This document shows positions 1 through 12,989 of a stretch of 64,000 nucleotides of DNA, piece after piece. Under the pieces are notes generated by a model. The model ran no database searches. It had not been told where the DNA came from and saw only the letters and a program-made list of their open reading frames with translations. This DNA is from Eledone cirrhosa (lineage: Eukaryota): the NCBI GenBank assembly GCA_964016885.1, contig OZ024742.1:282906001-282970000 (forward strand), given 5' to 3'. The position numbers and the translations under genes were made by a program. Position 1 is the stretch's first letter; each line of letters begins with the position of its first letter.

Positions 1-46
1 ATATGTGTATATATATATGTATGTATGTATATACATATAATATATA

Positions 47-124
47 CAGGGTATCCAAAAAAATGTATACATACTGTTATTAGAATGCTATTGGAGTTGG
101 TATACATTTTTGGGGGACATCCTG
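47..124. mobile_element. Minimal Tc1/mariner-type MITE (78 bp) in a TA tract
   Basis: Terminal inverted repeats CAGGGTATCCAAAAAAATGTATAC (47-70) and GTATACATTTTTGGGGGACATCCTG (100-124). Left end preceded by TA; the CAGGGT-like terminus is typical of Tc1/mariner. Confidence 0.6.
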
Positions 125-125
125 A

Positions 126-202
<77 letters not shown>
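126..202. repeat. (TA)n microsatellite, representative of dozens of TA/CA/TATG tracts in the window
   Basis: Seen directly. Other large tracts lie near 1165-1380, 5960-6200, 9530-9820, 10740-11240, 13880-14140, 37640-37885, 40590-41168 and 58850-59300. Confidence 0.95.
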
Positions 203-205
<3 letters not shown>

Positions 206-271
206 TCATCATCATCATCATCATCATCATTTTACGTCCGCTCTTCCCTGCTCGCAAGGGTGGGACGGGTC
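203..271 (-). mobile_element. 3' tip of RTE LINE family with (GAT)n tail
   Basis: The reverse complement resembles the 3' end of the LINE at 34841-37580 and closely matches 42105-42160 (CCCACCCTTGCRAGCAGGGAA..GGACGTAAAATGATGATG). Similar tips at 4253-4295 and 44779-44815. Confidence 0.7.
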
Positions 272-1161
272 TTATATATATATATTCACACACATACACA
301 CCAGTATCATATTATATTGTAGTGTAGTAATATAACTATATATATATATATATATACCACTATTATAGAAATGCAATTATATATATATATATATATACAC
401 ATTGTTGTTAGTTACCAAACAAACTATGACTTCTCCACTAATTAATTATACTTAATGATCATAGTGATGATAATGATGATCACAATATTAATGATAACAG
501 CAATGATGATGTCAGCAATGATTACAATTATGATGGTGGTGATGGTGGTGCTGGTGGTGGTGGTGATGGTGGTGCTGGTGGTGGTGGCAATGATGATGTT
601 GACTATAATAGTGGTGGTGGTGATAGTGGCAATGATAATGATGATGGTAATGATGTTGACTATAATAGTGCTAGTGCTGGTGATGATGATGATTATGCCC
701 ATAATAGTTGATGATGCTGATGAAGATGAACCATTCCAGTAGCCAAATATGGAAACTTTACAACAATAATTCCTTAAGATTCTTATCTTAAATGTTTCCA
801 GTGTGTTGCAAAAATAAATAATTTTCCTTCTTATCTCATTTGTTCATCTCATTCTTCTATCGCCCATCTTAATAAGCCATTTTCTATAACTAATGGCCAG
901 TTTGACCATTTACAAAAAAGGTGAACTGACCTCACTATAAGCAATTTATCTCTCTCTGCTACTACTACTACTATTGCTACTGCTGCTGCTACTACTACTC
1001 TAGATAATCAATAGATCTAGCTAATAATGGCGCAGCTATTGCTAATAAACGCAGTTGAAATAATCTATTATAAGACATAGTTAAACTTATGATTGAAATA
1101 ATTCTCATTACAAATATATATATGTATACATACACACATTCATGTGTGTATGTATACATAT

Positions 1162-1197
<36 letters not shown>

Positions 1198-1225
1198 CTA
1201 TATATATATATATATATATATATAT

Positions 1226-1299
<74 letters not shown>

Positions 1300-1742
1300 C
1301 TATATATATATATATATATATATATTGCTATATATATATATATATATATATATTGCTATATATGTATATATATATATACTTATATACTTACATATGTATG
1401 TACATACATATACAAAATTTCACTCACACATCAACATACATCTCTGTCACGCACAGTCCAACACACCTTCTCTCTCTCTCTCTTTTTCTCTTTCTCTCTC
1501 TCTCTATCTCTCTCTCCCTCTCTTTCTCTCTCTTCCCCATCCCCCCTGCACACACATTCATATACACATTCACAGTTCTCACCCAACCATCAACACCCTC
1601 TCCCTCGCCACACACACATAAATACAAACACTTAAACACACACGAAAACACAAAAACATACACATCTCTCTCACAAAAGCACAGGTGCACACATACACAT
1701 ACCAATGCACACACACACACTCTCTCTGACACACACACACAC

Positions 1743-1808
1743 CGTGCCAGTTGTATGTCTAGACTTGAGTACTCCCATCACTCCATTATCTTCAAGTTTG
1801 TCTTCAAG
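1743..1808 (-). other. Candidate 66-nt coding exon ([22 protein letters not shown])
   Basis: Minus strand has a pyrimidine-rich acceptor TTCTTGTCTTGCCTTCTTGTTTAG, 22 open codons and donor ACG|GTGTGT, in unique sequence between repeats. No protein recognised. Confidence 0.3.
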
Positions 1809-3499
1809 CTAAACAAGAAGGCAAGACAAGAAATAAAGAAAGTTTATAACAAACCAAAGTTTGTGCTGAAATTTCCTATTATTTCTACATTCCAATATTA
1901 ATTAATGGGGTGAAATGAAGGATTGGTCGAATGAGAGGGTAGAAGAATTTGCCCTGAAGCATAATTTAGTTTGTTTCTTTCACATATTTGAGTTCAAATC
2001 CTGCTGAGGTCAAATTTTAACTTTCATCCTAAAGGCTATTGATGTAATAGAATATCAGTCACATACTGGTTAGGTGTCAAACAATTTAAATTTAAATTTG
2101 AATTTAGATTTAAATTAAATGTCTTTACCCCCCTAACGCATGTAAATTAATTCTTAATTTTTTTAAATCATCTGCCCCTTTTTCTTTAAGAGTTGCTAAC
2201 GATTATTCCTTGAGGGTCTTTTTTTTTTTTTGTACCTTCCAACTATGAGGAAAATTTCAAGATCTTTCCTTTTCAGAATAGTACACTATATACCTGTGTG
2301 TTGTAAGTTAAAGGTAATGAAAAGGGGTTGGCAACAGGAAGGGCATTTTGTCATAAAATACTGCCTATTAGTATTATAATTCTGTATTTGCCAAGCAGTT
2401 TAAATTTAGTTTCAAATTGACTTTCTTAATTTTTTCAAATTATCTCCCCTTTTTTCTTTGAGTGTCGCTAACATTTGCCTGTAGGTTTTTCTTTTTTGTT
2501 ATTATTTTTTCTTTCACTTTTTAACTAAGAGAGAAATTTCAATATCTTTTGTTTCCAGAATAAGTACATTGTATTTTTGTGTGCCTTAAGTAAAAGACGG
2601 CTGAAAAATTTGGAAACAGGAAGGATATTCAATCATAAAACATTGCCTTTGGTATAATAATGTATCAGTCATGTACTAGGGTCAAACAATTTAAATTCAA
2701 ATTGACTTTTTTCTCCCCTTAAGAATTAAATTAATTTCTGATTCCCCAAAACTATACCACACTCAGTATATAAGCCCTTTTGTATGTGTGGATCAGTAGA
2801 GCCTAGATCTGAACACATCCAATTTCTTTCAGAGAGAGAGAGAGGAAAATCTGCTCCAATATTGAACTATAGATAATTTATCAACTTTGAAAGGAAGAAA
2901 AGCAAAGTTGACCTAGGCTGGATTTTAATTTATAGTGCAGAGAGCCAGAATGAATACCACCATGTTTTAATGACTGCCAATACATTGCTTATATTACCAC
3001 TTAACTTACCCAAATCCATGTCATAGACTTATTTGAGTTATTTCGCTTACTTCATTGACTATCCCACCCCCCTGCATCAGAAAAATGTTTGTGACCTTAT
3101 GTCAGTATTTAGAAATCAATATTGATTATTGATTGATTGGTGGATTGGTAAAATTAGTAGACAAAATATGCCTTGTAGTATAGTATTTAATAGAAAATAT
3201 TTAATTAACAAAGGCAGCAAATTGGCAGAGTTGTTGAGATGTTGGATACAGTGGTTTACGGTATTCGTCCCACCTCACTGCACGCTCAGAGTTCAAATCC
3301 CGCCGTGGTCTACTTTGCCTTTCATCCTTTCGAGGTCGATAAAACAAGTACCAGTCCAGTACTGGGGTCAATTCTTCCTCTATAGAAAAAATCGGCTGTG
3401 TTGGGCTCCGCCAGGTTTAAAAGTGCCCTAGACACGCCGTATGACAGTGCCTCTACAACTCTACAAAGAGCTGTGGGATCTTTATCCTTTATCCTTATT

Positions 3500-3880
3500 T
3501 TTTTAGCTACATACAAGAAGAGGGGAGTATAGTTAATAGAAACCTATATATACACAAATCACTACAAATATCTAAAAATGGAAAAGGAAGGGAAAGGCAA
3601 GGGCTCTAGGGTCCCAGAATAGTGGTGATGGGCTCTGGGTCTAGAGCGCGATGGTGTTGGGGTTCTCCCTGTGGACCAAATCATAAAAGCATTTCTGGGG
3701 ACAATGGCCAGTGACACCCGCTGTAACAGCCACCCTACCTCACATGGGTCCTTTCTCAGACTGGTTGCTGATCTTCCAATCTTGCGGAGGAGCTCGGCAA
3801 TATGAGGTCCGAGTACACCTGAGGTCTCGACGGCAAGTGATGTGAAGAGTAAGTGGCTGGATAATCCCCAATATTTGTTC
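3500..3880 (-). mobile_element. CRE-clade non-LTR retrotransposon 3' fragment (REL endonuclease C-terminus)
   Basis: Manual minus-strand translation from 3879: NKYWGLSSHLLFTSLAVETSGVLGPHIAELLRKIGRSATSLRKDPCEVGWLLQRVSLAIVPRNAFMI. This matches the KY..F.P.A.ET.G..G...DP.E...L.QR.S.AI.RGNA pattern of CRE-type elements. Confidence 0.7.
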
Positions 3881-4047
3881 CCTCTAACTCTTTAGCATTT
3901 AAACCGGCTGCATCTGGCCAGAATTTTCTCAACTTAGGACATAAACTAATGTCACTGCTTGCTTCAAAAGACCCATGAAGAGATAAAGACAGACATAAAC
4001 ACACATACACATATCTCCATACTGTTGATGTCTTTTAATTTTCTTAA

Positions 4048-4313
4048 TCCTTTAACATTTAAGCCGGCAGTATCTAGCCAGAATGTTCTCGCCTCTTTCT
4101 GTTCAAACCAGCTGTCACTGGCTACTCATACTGATGTTAAGGTATTGTTCTCAAAATAAATATCAAAATCTCATAGATTCGATAGTATGTGAAGTAATTA
4201 CAAGAGGTTAAAGCCTTTACTGTGAAAATACAATAGTAAATATAGAGTAAATCATCATCATCATCATCATCATACGTCCGCTTTTCCCTGCTTGTAAAGT
4301 AAATACTAAATGG
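4048..4313 (+). mobile_element. piggyBac-type MITE copy with an inserted LINE 3' tip
   Basis: Homologous to 9023-9234, with TTAA at both ends. The (CAT)n/LINE tip is at 4253-4295. Confidence 0.7.
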
Positions 4314-4513
4314 TTAACACCTGGAGTACAAATCCCAGTGAAGTCAACTTCCAGGTGGAATCAATAAAATACAGTAGCAGTCAAGTTTATTACTTTAATT
4401 AGCTACATGTTGTTGTTATTGTTTTTGTTGTAGTTGTAATATATTACTTTAAATGGGATGCTTGGTGTTGTTATTGTTGCTGTTGCTGCTGTTTTTGTTG
4501 TTATTATTATTAT

Positions 4514-4705
4514 GGCGGTGGATTGGCAGTATCGGTAGAGGGTCGGACGCCATGCTTTCCAGCATAGTTACGTCCCTTTACGATCTGAGTTCAAATCCCG
4601 CCGAGGTTGACTTTGCCTTTCATCCTTACAGGGTCGATAAAATAAAGTACCAGTAATGCACTGGGTAATTGCTAGCCTTGTGCCTAAAGTAGAAACAATT
4701 ATTAT
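4514..4705 (+). mobile_element. tRNA-derived SINE (Meta/MESC-like core), full length
   Basis: Pol III A-box TGGCAGTATCGG, B-box GAGTTCAAATCCC, core GCCGAGGTTRACTTTGCCTTTCATCCTTACGGGGTCGATAAAATAAAGTACCAG, tail AGAAACAATTATT. About 20 copies in the window, e.g. 3213-3372, 8557-8690, 12504-12715, 16710-16820(-), 18472-18688(-), 38392-38497, 43844-44037, 52060-52255, 61742-61950(-). Confidence 0.85.
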
Positions 4706-4929
4706 TATTATTGTATATTACCTTAAATGGGACTTAGTTGTTGTTGAGGTTGTTATTATGATGTTGCTGTTGTTGTTGTTATTGTTACTGTTGCTGCTGT
4801 TTTTGTTATTGTTATTGTTGTATATTACCTTAAATGGGACTTATTTGTTGTTGAGGTTTTTGTTGTTGTAGTTTATCTCCCTAAATTGGCCTTTGTTGTC
4901 ATTGTCCTTGCTGCTTATGTTGTTACTAT

Positions 4930-5085
4930 GTCTAGAAGAGGAAGACCAAGGTTAACGTATGTTGATGCCCTAAGGACAGACACTGGTCTGTTGGAGATGC
5001 AGGACATGGCAGCAATAATGAGGGACAGAGACCGCTGGAGAGAACTCGTCCATGGATCTCGGGAATTTTACCCGCCTTAGATAGA
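4930..5085 (+). mobile_element. RTE LINE C-terminal fragment
   Basis: Translates as SRRGRPRLTYVDALRTDTGLLEMQDMAAIMRDRDRWRELV, the RGRP...DR..W C-terminus typical of the RTE clade. Confidence 0.65.
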
Positions 5086-5682
5086 TATGTTACTGTTGTT
5101 GTTGAAGTATATTACTTTAAATAGGATCTTGTGGTTGTTACTATTGTTATTGTTGTTGTTGCTGTTGTTGTGGAAGTTTATTACTTTAAATGGGACCATC
5201 TTATCTAGTTGTTGTTACTGTTGTTGTTGTTTTGGGTACCTTGTTGTTGTTGTTTTGATGTTATTGTTGTAGTTGTTTAAGTTTATTCCTTTAAATAGGT
5301 CCTTGTTGTTTTTGTAGTTGTAGTGATGTTCCAATGTAGTTTAGTTTATTACTTTAAATTGTTGTTGTTGTCGTTGTTGTTGTAGTGATGTTCCAATGTA
5401 GTTTAGTTTATTCCTTTAAATTGTTGTTGTTGTTGTTGTTGTTGTAGTGATGTTCCAATGTAGTTTAGTTTATTACTTTAAATTGTTGTTGTTGTAGTTG
5501 TAGTTGTTGTAGTGATGTTCCACTGAAGCTAGCTGGGATTTAATGGATCCCATGGTGTTGATGCAGTCCATCTGGTAGTTTAACAGATCAATTAAGTATA
5601 AACTTCAAAGAGACCATCACAGGGATTAACTAAACAAAAAGTAATATATTTTTTTAAAAGAGAAAATGTGTGTATGTGCACC

Positions 5683-5802
<120 letters not shown>

Positions 5803-5984
5803 ATATCATACAAGTTCACTTAATTCAATAACTGTTACACACATATAGACACACACAAAAGCTCATTCATTCATTATCGATTCTTTAATCATATCTAACA
5901 AAGTTAAGAAACCAAAACGAAAACTCCAAAAAAAATAAACATAAAGGATACACACACATATATATATATATGTGTGTGTGTGTG

Positions 5985-6045
<61 letters not shown>

Positions 6046-6063
6046 TAGATATGTGTGTGTGTG

Positions 6064-6110
<47 letters not shown>

Positions 6111-6349
6111 GTGTGTGTGTGTGTGTATATATATATATGTGTGTGTGTATATATATATCTATGTGTGTGTATGTGTGTGTATATATATATATATACATAC
6201 ATACATACACACAGAGAACAGTTATTTCATTATTTGTATACGTATCTAAACATATGTTGCCTTATGGAGGAGCTAGTCAGATTCGAAATATGATTTCATT
6301 ACAATATATATTATTGATGATTATACTTCGTTATTGGCTTCTGTCGTTG

Positions 6350-6730
6350 ATGGTGGTGGTTGTTGTTGGTGGTGGTTGTGATTGTAGTGGTGGTTATTGT
6401 TGTTGCTGGTGGTGGTGGTGGTGGTGGTGGTTATTGTTGTTGCTGGTGGTGGTGGTGGTGGTTATTATTGCTGGTGGTGGTGGTGGTTGTTGTTGGTGGT
6501 GGTGGTTATTGTTGTTGCTGGTGGTGGTGGTGGTGGTGGTTATTGTTGTTGCTGGTGGTGGTGGTGGTGGTGGTTATTGCTGGTGGTGGTGGTGGTTGTT
6601 GTTGGTGGTGGTGGTTGTGATTGTGGTGGTGGTTATTGTTGTTGCTGGTGGTGGTGGTGGTGGTGGTGTTGTTCTTATTGTTGTTGCTTCTGTTAATAAG
6701 CAATAATGGTGGTGGTTATTGTTGTTGGTT
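6350..6730. repeat. (GGT/GTT)n compound trinucleotide repeat
   Basis: Seen directly; gives the spurious poly-V/W/G ORFs. Confidence 0.9.
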
Positions 6731-6959
6731 GTGGTCCTGTCTCTCTCTTCTGTTAATAAGTGTTGGTAGGGGTGCTGGAGGAGTTATTGTTAGTATTGGT
6801 GGTGGTGGTGGTGGTGGTGGCAATGGCGGGGTTGTTGCTCTCTCTCACTCTTCTGTTAATAACCATCAGTAGTGGTAGTGGTGGTGGTGTTGTAAAATGT
6901 TTTCTTTCTCTCTCTAAATAAAATTACAATGTAATTAATACTATTCCTTCTTCCCCCAT

Positions 6960-7830
6960 CACCACCACTACACACACATACATCACCACCACTACACACA
7001 CACACACACATCACTACCACTACACACAGGCATCACTACCACTACACACAGATCACCACCACTACACACACACATCACTACCACTACACACACACATCAC
7101 CACCACTACACACACACACATCACTACACACACACACATCACCACCACTACACACAGGCATCACCACTACTACACACACACATCACCACCACTACACACA
7201 CACATCACCACCACTACACACAGGCATCACCACCACTACACACACAGATCACCACTACACACACACATCACCACCACTACACACACAGATCACCACTACA
7301 CACACACATCCACCACTACACACAGGCATCACCACCACTACATACACAGATCACCACCACTACACACACAGATCACCACTACTACACACACACATCACCA
7401 CCACTACTACACACACACATCACCACCACTACACACACATCACCACCACTACACACACAGATCACCACTACACACACACACATCACCACCACTACACACA
7501 CATCACCACCACTACACACAGAGACATCACCACCACTACACACACAGATCACCACTACACACACACACATCACCACCACTACGCACACAGATCACCACTA
7601 CACACACACACATCACCACCACTACACACACACATCACCACTACACACAGAGACATCACCACCACTACACACACAGATCACCACTACTACACACACAGAT
7701 CACCACTACACACACACACATCACCACCACTACACACACAGATCACCACTACACACACACACATCACCACCACTACACACAGGCATCACCACCACTACAC
7801 ACACATCACCACCACTATACATACACACTC
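6960..7830. repeat. Minisatellite, unit ~CATCACCACCACTACACACACA (19-23 bp)
   Basis: Dozens of degenerate tandem units built from CAC and CA motifs. Confidence 0.9.
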
Positions 7831-8416
7831 AACACACAGGCAACACCACTACACCCCCCCCCTCCCTATATATTCATACCACTGTCCAAATCTCCCAGAG
7901 ACTCTCTTACAGCCACCACCACCTACCACCAATACATCTATACCATCAACACTACCACAACCACCACCGTACCACCATACAACCATCACCACTCCACCAA
8001 CACCTACCACCAATACATCCATACCACCACCACCACACCACTATCACCACCACCACCACCACCACCACATACCTACTTCCTGATTAAAACTTGTCAGTTC
8101 AACTTAACACCATATGTTCATGCCAAAGAGGTAGGGAGGAGGAAGTGGTGAGGTGGGAAGGAATGGTTGTGAGAGTGGGCAAACTGGAAGGTTTGTGTTG
8201 TTCTGCTCTCAAACTAAAGATCTATGTTCAAGGTATTCCAACAATGACCATCCTATCTATTTTCAAACATATATTCTACAAACAGCTGGCACTATAGAAC
8301 ATTAATCAATTTTTATTGATTTTTATTAATATTAGTATTAGTATGGTGTTGGCTTAATGATAAAATGCACCCAGTGCACCTTGTAAAGTGACTCGCATTA
8401 GGGAGAGCATCTCGGC

Positions 8417-8890
8417 CAGAGGTTCTTAAACTTTTGGGACTACCACCACCCCCTCATGGCCACATAATCTCCTCAGCGCCCCCACCCCTATTTCCAGAGA
8501 GACCTTCCTATATGCAAATTGTAAATAATATATAATAAATAAAATCATTAATTTATAGTTACATCCCTTTACAGTCTGAGTTCAAATCCCGCCGAGGTTA
8601 ACTTTGCCTTTCATCCTTACGGGGTCGATAAAATAAAGTACCAGTAATGTACTGGGTAATTGCTGGCCTTGTGCCTAAAGTAGAAACAATTAATTTATAT
8701 ATAATAAATAATATAATATATACTGTGTATAAATAAATATATGTTTTTTATTTTGCTATATAATATGTACCATTTGATGTTTAAATTTAATGTACTATTA
8801 TATCATCTCTACTGCCCTCCACTGGTCCCTTAGGCTTCAGTGCCCCCTGGATCTTCTCAACGCCCCCCCCCTCTCCTTTGAGAACCTCTG
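8417..8890. mobile_element. hAT (Charlie-like) MITE containing a nested SINE
   Basis: TIRs CAGAGGTTCTTAAA / TTTGAGAACCTCTG. 8-bp TSD ATCTCGGC (8409-8416) / ATCTAGGC (8891-8898). A 5'-truncated SINE lies at 8557-8690. Confidence 0.8.
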
Positions 8891-9022
8891 ATCTAGGCCT
8901 AGAACCATGCTGAATATAAAACGTAATGAGTAAGGTGAGGTCACTCCAACTCGTCTGGTCTTGGATTATGATAACCCATCCAACCCATGCCGGAGTGGCG
9001 CCTTATTTCACAAAACCTTTAA

Positions 9023-9234
9023 CCTTTTAGCATTTAAACCGACCATTTCCAGCCAGAATTCTCTCACCTCTTTCTATTCAAACCGGCTGTAACTGACCAC
9101 TCATACTGATGTTATGGTACTGTTCTAAAAATAAATAATATCAAAATATCATAGATTCGATATTATGTGAGATAAAGCCTTTATCATGAAAATACAATAG
9201 TAAATATAGATAGAGTAATGCAAATGCTAAAGGG
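9023..9234 (+). mobile_element. piggyBac-type MITE (~210 bp), complete
   Basis: TTAA on both sides and TIR CC(C/T)TTTAGCATTT / AAATGCTAAAGGG. At least 8 copies in the window. Confidence 0.85.
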
Positions 9235-9654
9235 TTAAGCCTTTCACATTTTAGGTTTTTCCTTTCATGTGTCCACCAAAGGCAGTGCTGACTTGAAAAT
9301 CAGAACGCTTTTGTCATGTCAGACCATGCCATAAAGTCAGAACATTGTTGTGGGATTTCTTATGAAATACACCAAAGTTGAATCAATTAATTAAGTATTT
9401 GAAAGGATTTGCTAAAACCATTATTTCATTATCATTATAGTAACTGTAAACATGATTTAACAAAATGTTCTTTTTATCAAATCAAGTTGAAAGATAATTG
9501 TTGAAAGTTTAAAAAGGAACCCTTTAGAATATATATATATATATAAAACACTTATATATATATATAAACATGTATATATATATATGTGTATATATATATA
9601 TGTGTATATATATATATATATGTGTATATATATATATACATATATATATAAGTG

Positions 9655-9685
<31 letters not shown>

Positions 9686-9770
9686 ATATATATATATGTG
9701 TATATATATATATATAAATATATGTGTATATATATATATATATATATACATGTTTATATATATATATAAG

Positions 9771-9803
<33 letters not shown>

Positions 9804-9821
9804 AGTGTTTTTATATATATA

Positions 9822-10020
9822 TACTGACTGTAGTAGGTTTTACTTTGTATTTAGGTAAGGCGGGTCTTCTCTATTACTGAGTACCGCCAATGATCTCGGT
9901 CCAGTGACATTGTCTTGGAGAGGTGTAAGTGTGTGAGGTCGGAATTTATCAAGTCGTCCCAGGTTTTTCTGGGTCTGCCTACTCCGTGGCTACCGTCTAT
10001 TTTTATTGCCCTGCACTTAT
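9822..10020 (-). repeat. Inverted duplicate (left arm) of the 5' part of the LINE fragment at 10181-10379
   Basis: 199-bp reverse complement of 10181-10379 with two substitutions (GATCAT vs GACCTT). Confidence 0.9.
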
Positions 10021-10062
10021 ATACACATATATATATATATGTATGTATATATATATATATAC

Positions 10063-10149
<87 letters not shown>

Positions 10150-10180
10150 CACACATATATATATATATATATATGTGTAT

Positions 10181-10740
10181 ATAAGTGCAGGGCAATAAAA
10201 ATAGACGGTAGCCACGGAGTAGGCAGACCCAGAAAAACCTGGGACGACTTGATAAATTCCGACCTCACACACTTACACCTCTCCAAGACAATGTCACTGG
10301 ACCGAGACCTTTGGCGGTACTCAGTAATAGAGAAGACCCGCCTTACCTAAATACAAAGTAAAACCTACTACAGTCAGTAGGCACCTCTAACAAAATACAC
10401 CCCCGTCCCACCACCCCCACCCCATCCACACCGCCCCTTTCAATGAAAGTTATGTTGGTGCCACAACATCCAGGCCGAAACAAATGAGATCGTGTAGGTG
10501 TCACGACAAAAAAAACACACAGTCCATGCTGTAATGTGGCCGTGTAGGCAACACGGTAAAAACCTCCCAGCCCCACACTGTAAATGTGGTTGGTGTTAGG
10601 AAGGGCATCCAGCTGTAGAAAACCCGCCAAACAGTCCTATGCGAGCAAGACAACCACTCTTGCCTCAAGTGGGAAAACTCCCGTCTAAACCCATGCAAGC
10701 GTGGAATATGGACGTTAAACGATGATGATGATGATGATGA
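10181..10740 (+). mobile_element. RTE LINE 3' fragment (ORF end, 3'UTR, (GAT)n tail)
   Basis: Encodes [28 protein letters not shown]..., nearly identical to 37043-37580. Confidence 0.9.
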
Positions 10741-11132
10741 TATACATATATACATACATATATATATATACATGTATATATATGTATATGTATATATATA
10801 CATATATATATACATACATATATATATATACATATATATATATGTATGTATGTATATATGTATGTATATATACATATATATATATACATGTATATATATA
10901 TATATATATGTATATATATACATATATACATACATATATATACATGTATATATATATATGTATATATACATACATATATACATACATACATATATATATA
11001 TGTATATATATATACATACGTATATATATTTACATATATATATATATATATGTATGTATGTGTGCATATATATATGTATGTATGTATGTGTGTGTGTATA
11101 TATATGTATGTGTGTGTGTGTTTATATGTATA

Positions 11133-11169
<37 letters not shown>

Positions 11170-11653
11170 TTATATATTTATATATATATAAATATATATA
11201 TATATATACACACACATACACACACATATATGTGTATGTATAATATGTATTTAAGAGAGATTAAATCTGTACCACAATTCCCTATTGTGTTACACTGCCT
11301 ATACTGTAATAGTTGCAGCTGTTGTTGTAGCTGTTGTTGTTGTAGTTGTTGTAGCTGTTGTTGTAGCTGTTGTTGTTGTTGTTGTTGTAGTTGTTGTTGT
11401 TGTTGTCCTTTATTAACATTATCCTCAATCAAGCTGGAATGGAGAAAAGTATTGCTTTTTTTTTTCTGTCCTTTGCAATAAGTGTTTTTAATTAGAGTAA
11501 ATGTAAAAGTGGAGGTAGTGGTGATGGTGGTGGTGGTGGCGGCAGTGGCGGTGGTGGTGGTGTAAATACATATATGTATATATGTAGAAGTGTGTGCTTT
11601 ATTGTTGTTGGTGGTAGTGTATATGTGTTTTTTTGTTGGTGGTGATGGTGTAT

Positions 11654-12035
11654 CATCATCTTTTAACATCTATCTTCCACGCTAGCATGGGTTAGATTGT
11701 CCCACTTGAGGCAAGGTTGATCGGGTGACCGTGTCTCGCTCGTATAGGACTATCTGGCAGGTTTTCTATGGCTGGATGCCCTTCCTAACACCAACCACAT
11801 TTACAGTGTGGACTGGGACCCTTTTTTTTTTACCATGTCTCCTACATGACCACTTTACAACCTGGACTGGGTGCCTTTTTTGTCATGGCACCTACACAAC
11901 CTCTTTAGTTTGGACTGGATGTTTTGTGGTACCAACATAACTTTACAGAGAAAGGGTGGTGTTGTTGGGAGTGGGAGGATGGAGTAGGGGTAGTGGGTTG
12001 GGTGTATATTTGGTTAAGAGGTGCCTACTGACTGT
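11654..12035 (-). mobile_element. RTE LINE 3'UTR fragment
   Basis: Reverse complement of the 3'UTR seen at 31140-31640 and 37210-37580. Confidence 0.8.
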
Positions 12036-12989
12036 AGGTTTATATACATAATATGTATATACTGTAGATTTATATACATAATATGTATGACTGTAGGTGT
12101 ATATACATATATATGTGTATATACATCTATATGTGTATAAATGCGTGCATTATTGTTGTAGTTGGTAGTGGTGGTGCTGATGGTGTATATGTGTATATGG
12201 CAAAAGACAGGAAGAGACAGGGAGTGCTTGTCCATAAGCCCATGACCCCACCCCACCCCCCAACCCTCAGATATGAGGAGGGGATCAAATGAAGTATAAC
12301 CAGGGCTTACCTAGAGCTAAACAACAAAACAACAACAATAGTCAACATTATGTTTAACACTTTTGTGACCATATTTCTAACAAGAATATATTAATTAATC
12401 AGAGTAATCAAAAATTATGACAGGTTTAATGAACTAACTTTTAACTAAATAATAAAAGACAAAATATTTAACTATTGAAATCTTAATACTATCTGTTAAA
12501 GTAGTGGATTGGCAGTATCAGCAGAGTGTCGGACAACATGCTTAATGGCATAGAGTTATGGCCCTTTATGATCTAAGTTCAAATCCTGCCAAAATTAACT
12601 TTGCTTTTCATCCTTATGGGGTCAATAAAATACAGTACCAATTAATGCATTAGGGTCGATTTAGTCGACTTTCCCCTCCCCCATAATTGTTTTCCTTGTG
12701 CCTAAATCAGAAACCTATATTATCTGTCATGTTGTTACTGTGAGATTTCAGTCCAAGATTTGGAACTAATGTTGAATACTTGAACTCTTGATGTCCCCTA
12801 CCACATGAAACCACATTAGCAAAACATTCTTGAAATTTATAAAAGATCACTATGACTGCGCTGCATCACATTAAAAATGTATTTACTTTAGTTTACTCCA
12901 AATTTTCAAGATACTCTGTCCTCCAGTAAAGATACAATGGATTTAAAAAAACATTTTTAGATATTTTCTGCTACATTATTGATTTCTCC

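Noticed and set aside
2050-2750. Old local tandem duplications (also 28720-28975 and 54770-54990)
   Set aside because: Degenerate duplications of AT-rich or SINE-derived sequence with no sign of function.
4514-4610. tRNA gene
   Set aside because: A and B boxes are present but no cloverleaf; it continues into the SINE core and is multicopy.
6960-7830. Regular repeat array considered as CRISPR-like
   Set aside because: No unique spacers and no cas genes; eukaryotic low-complexity minisatellite.
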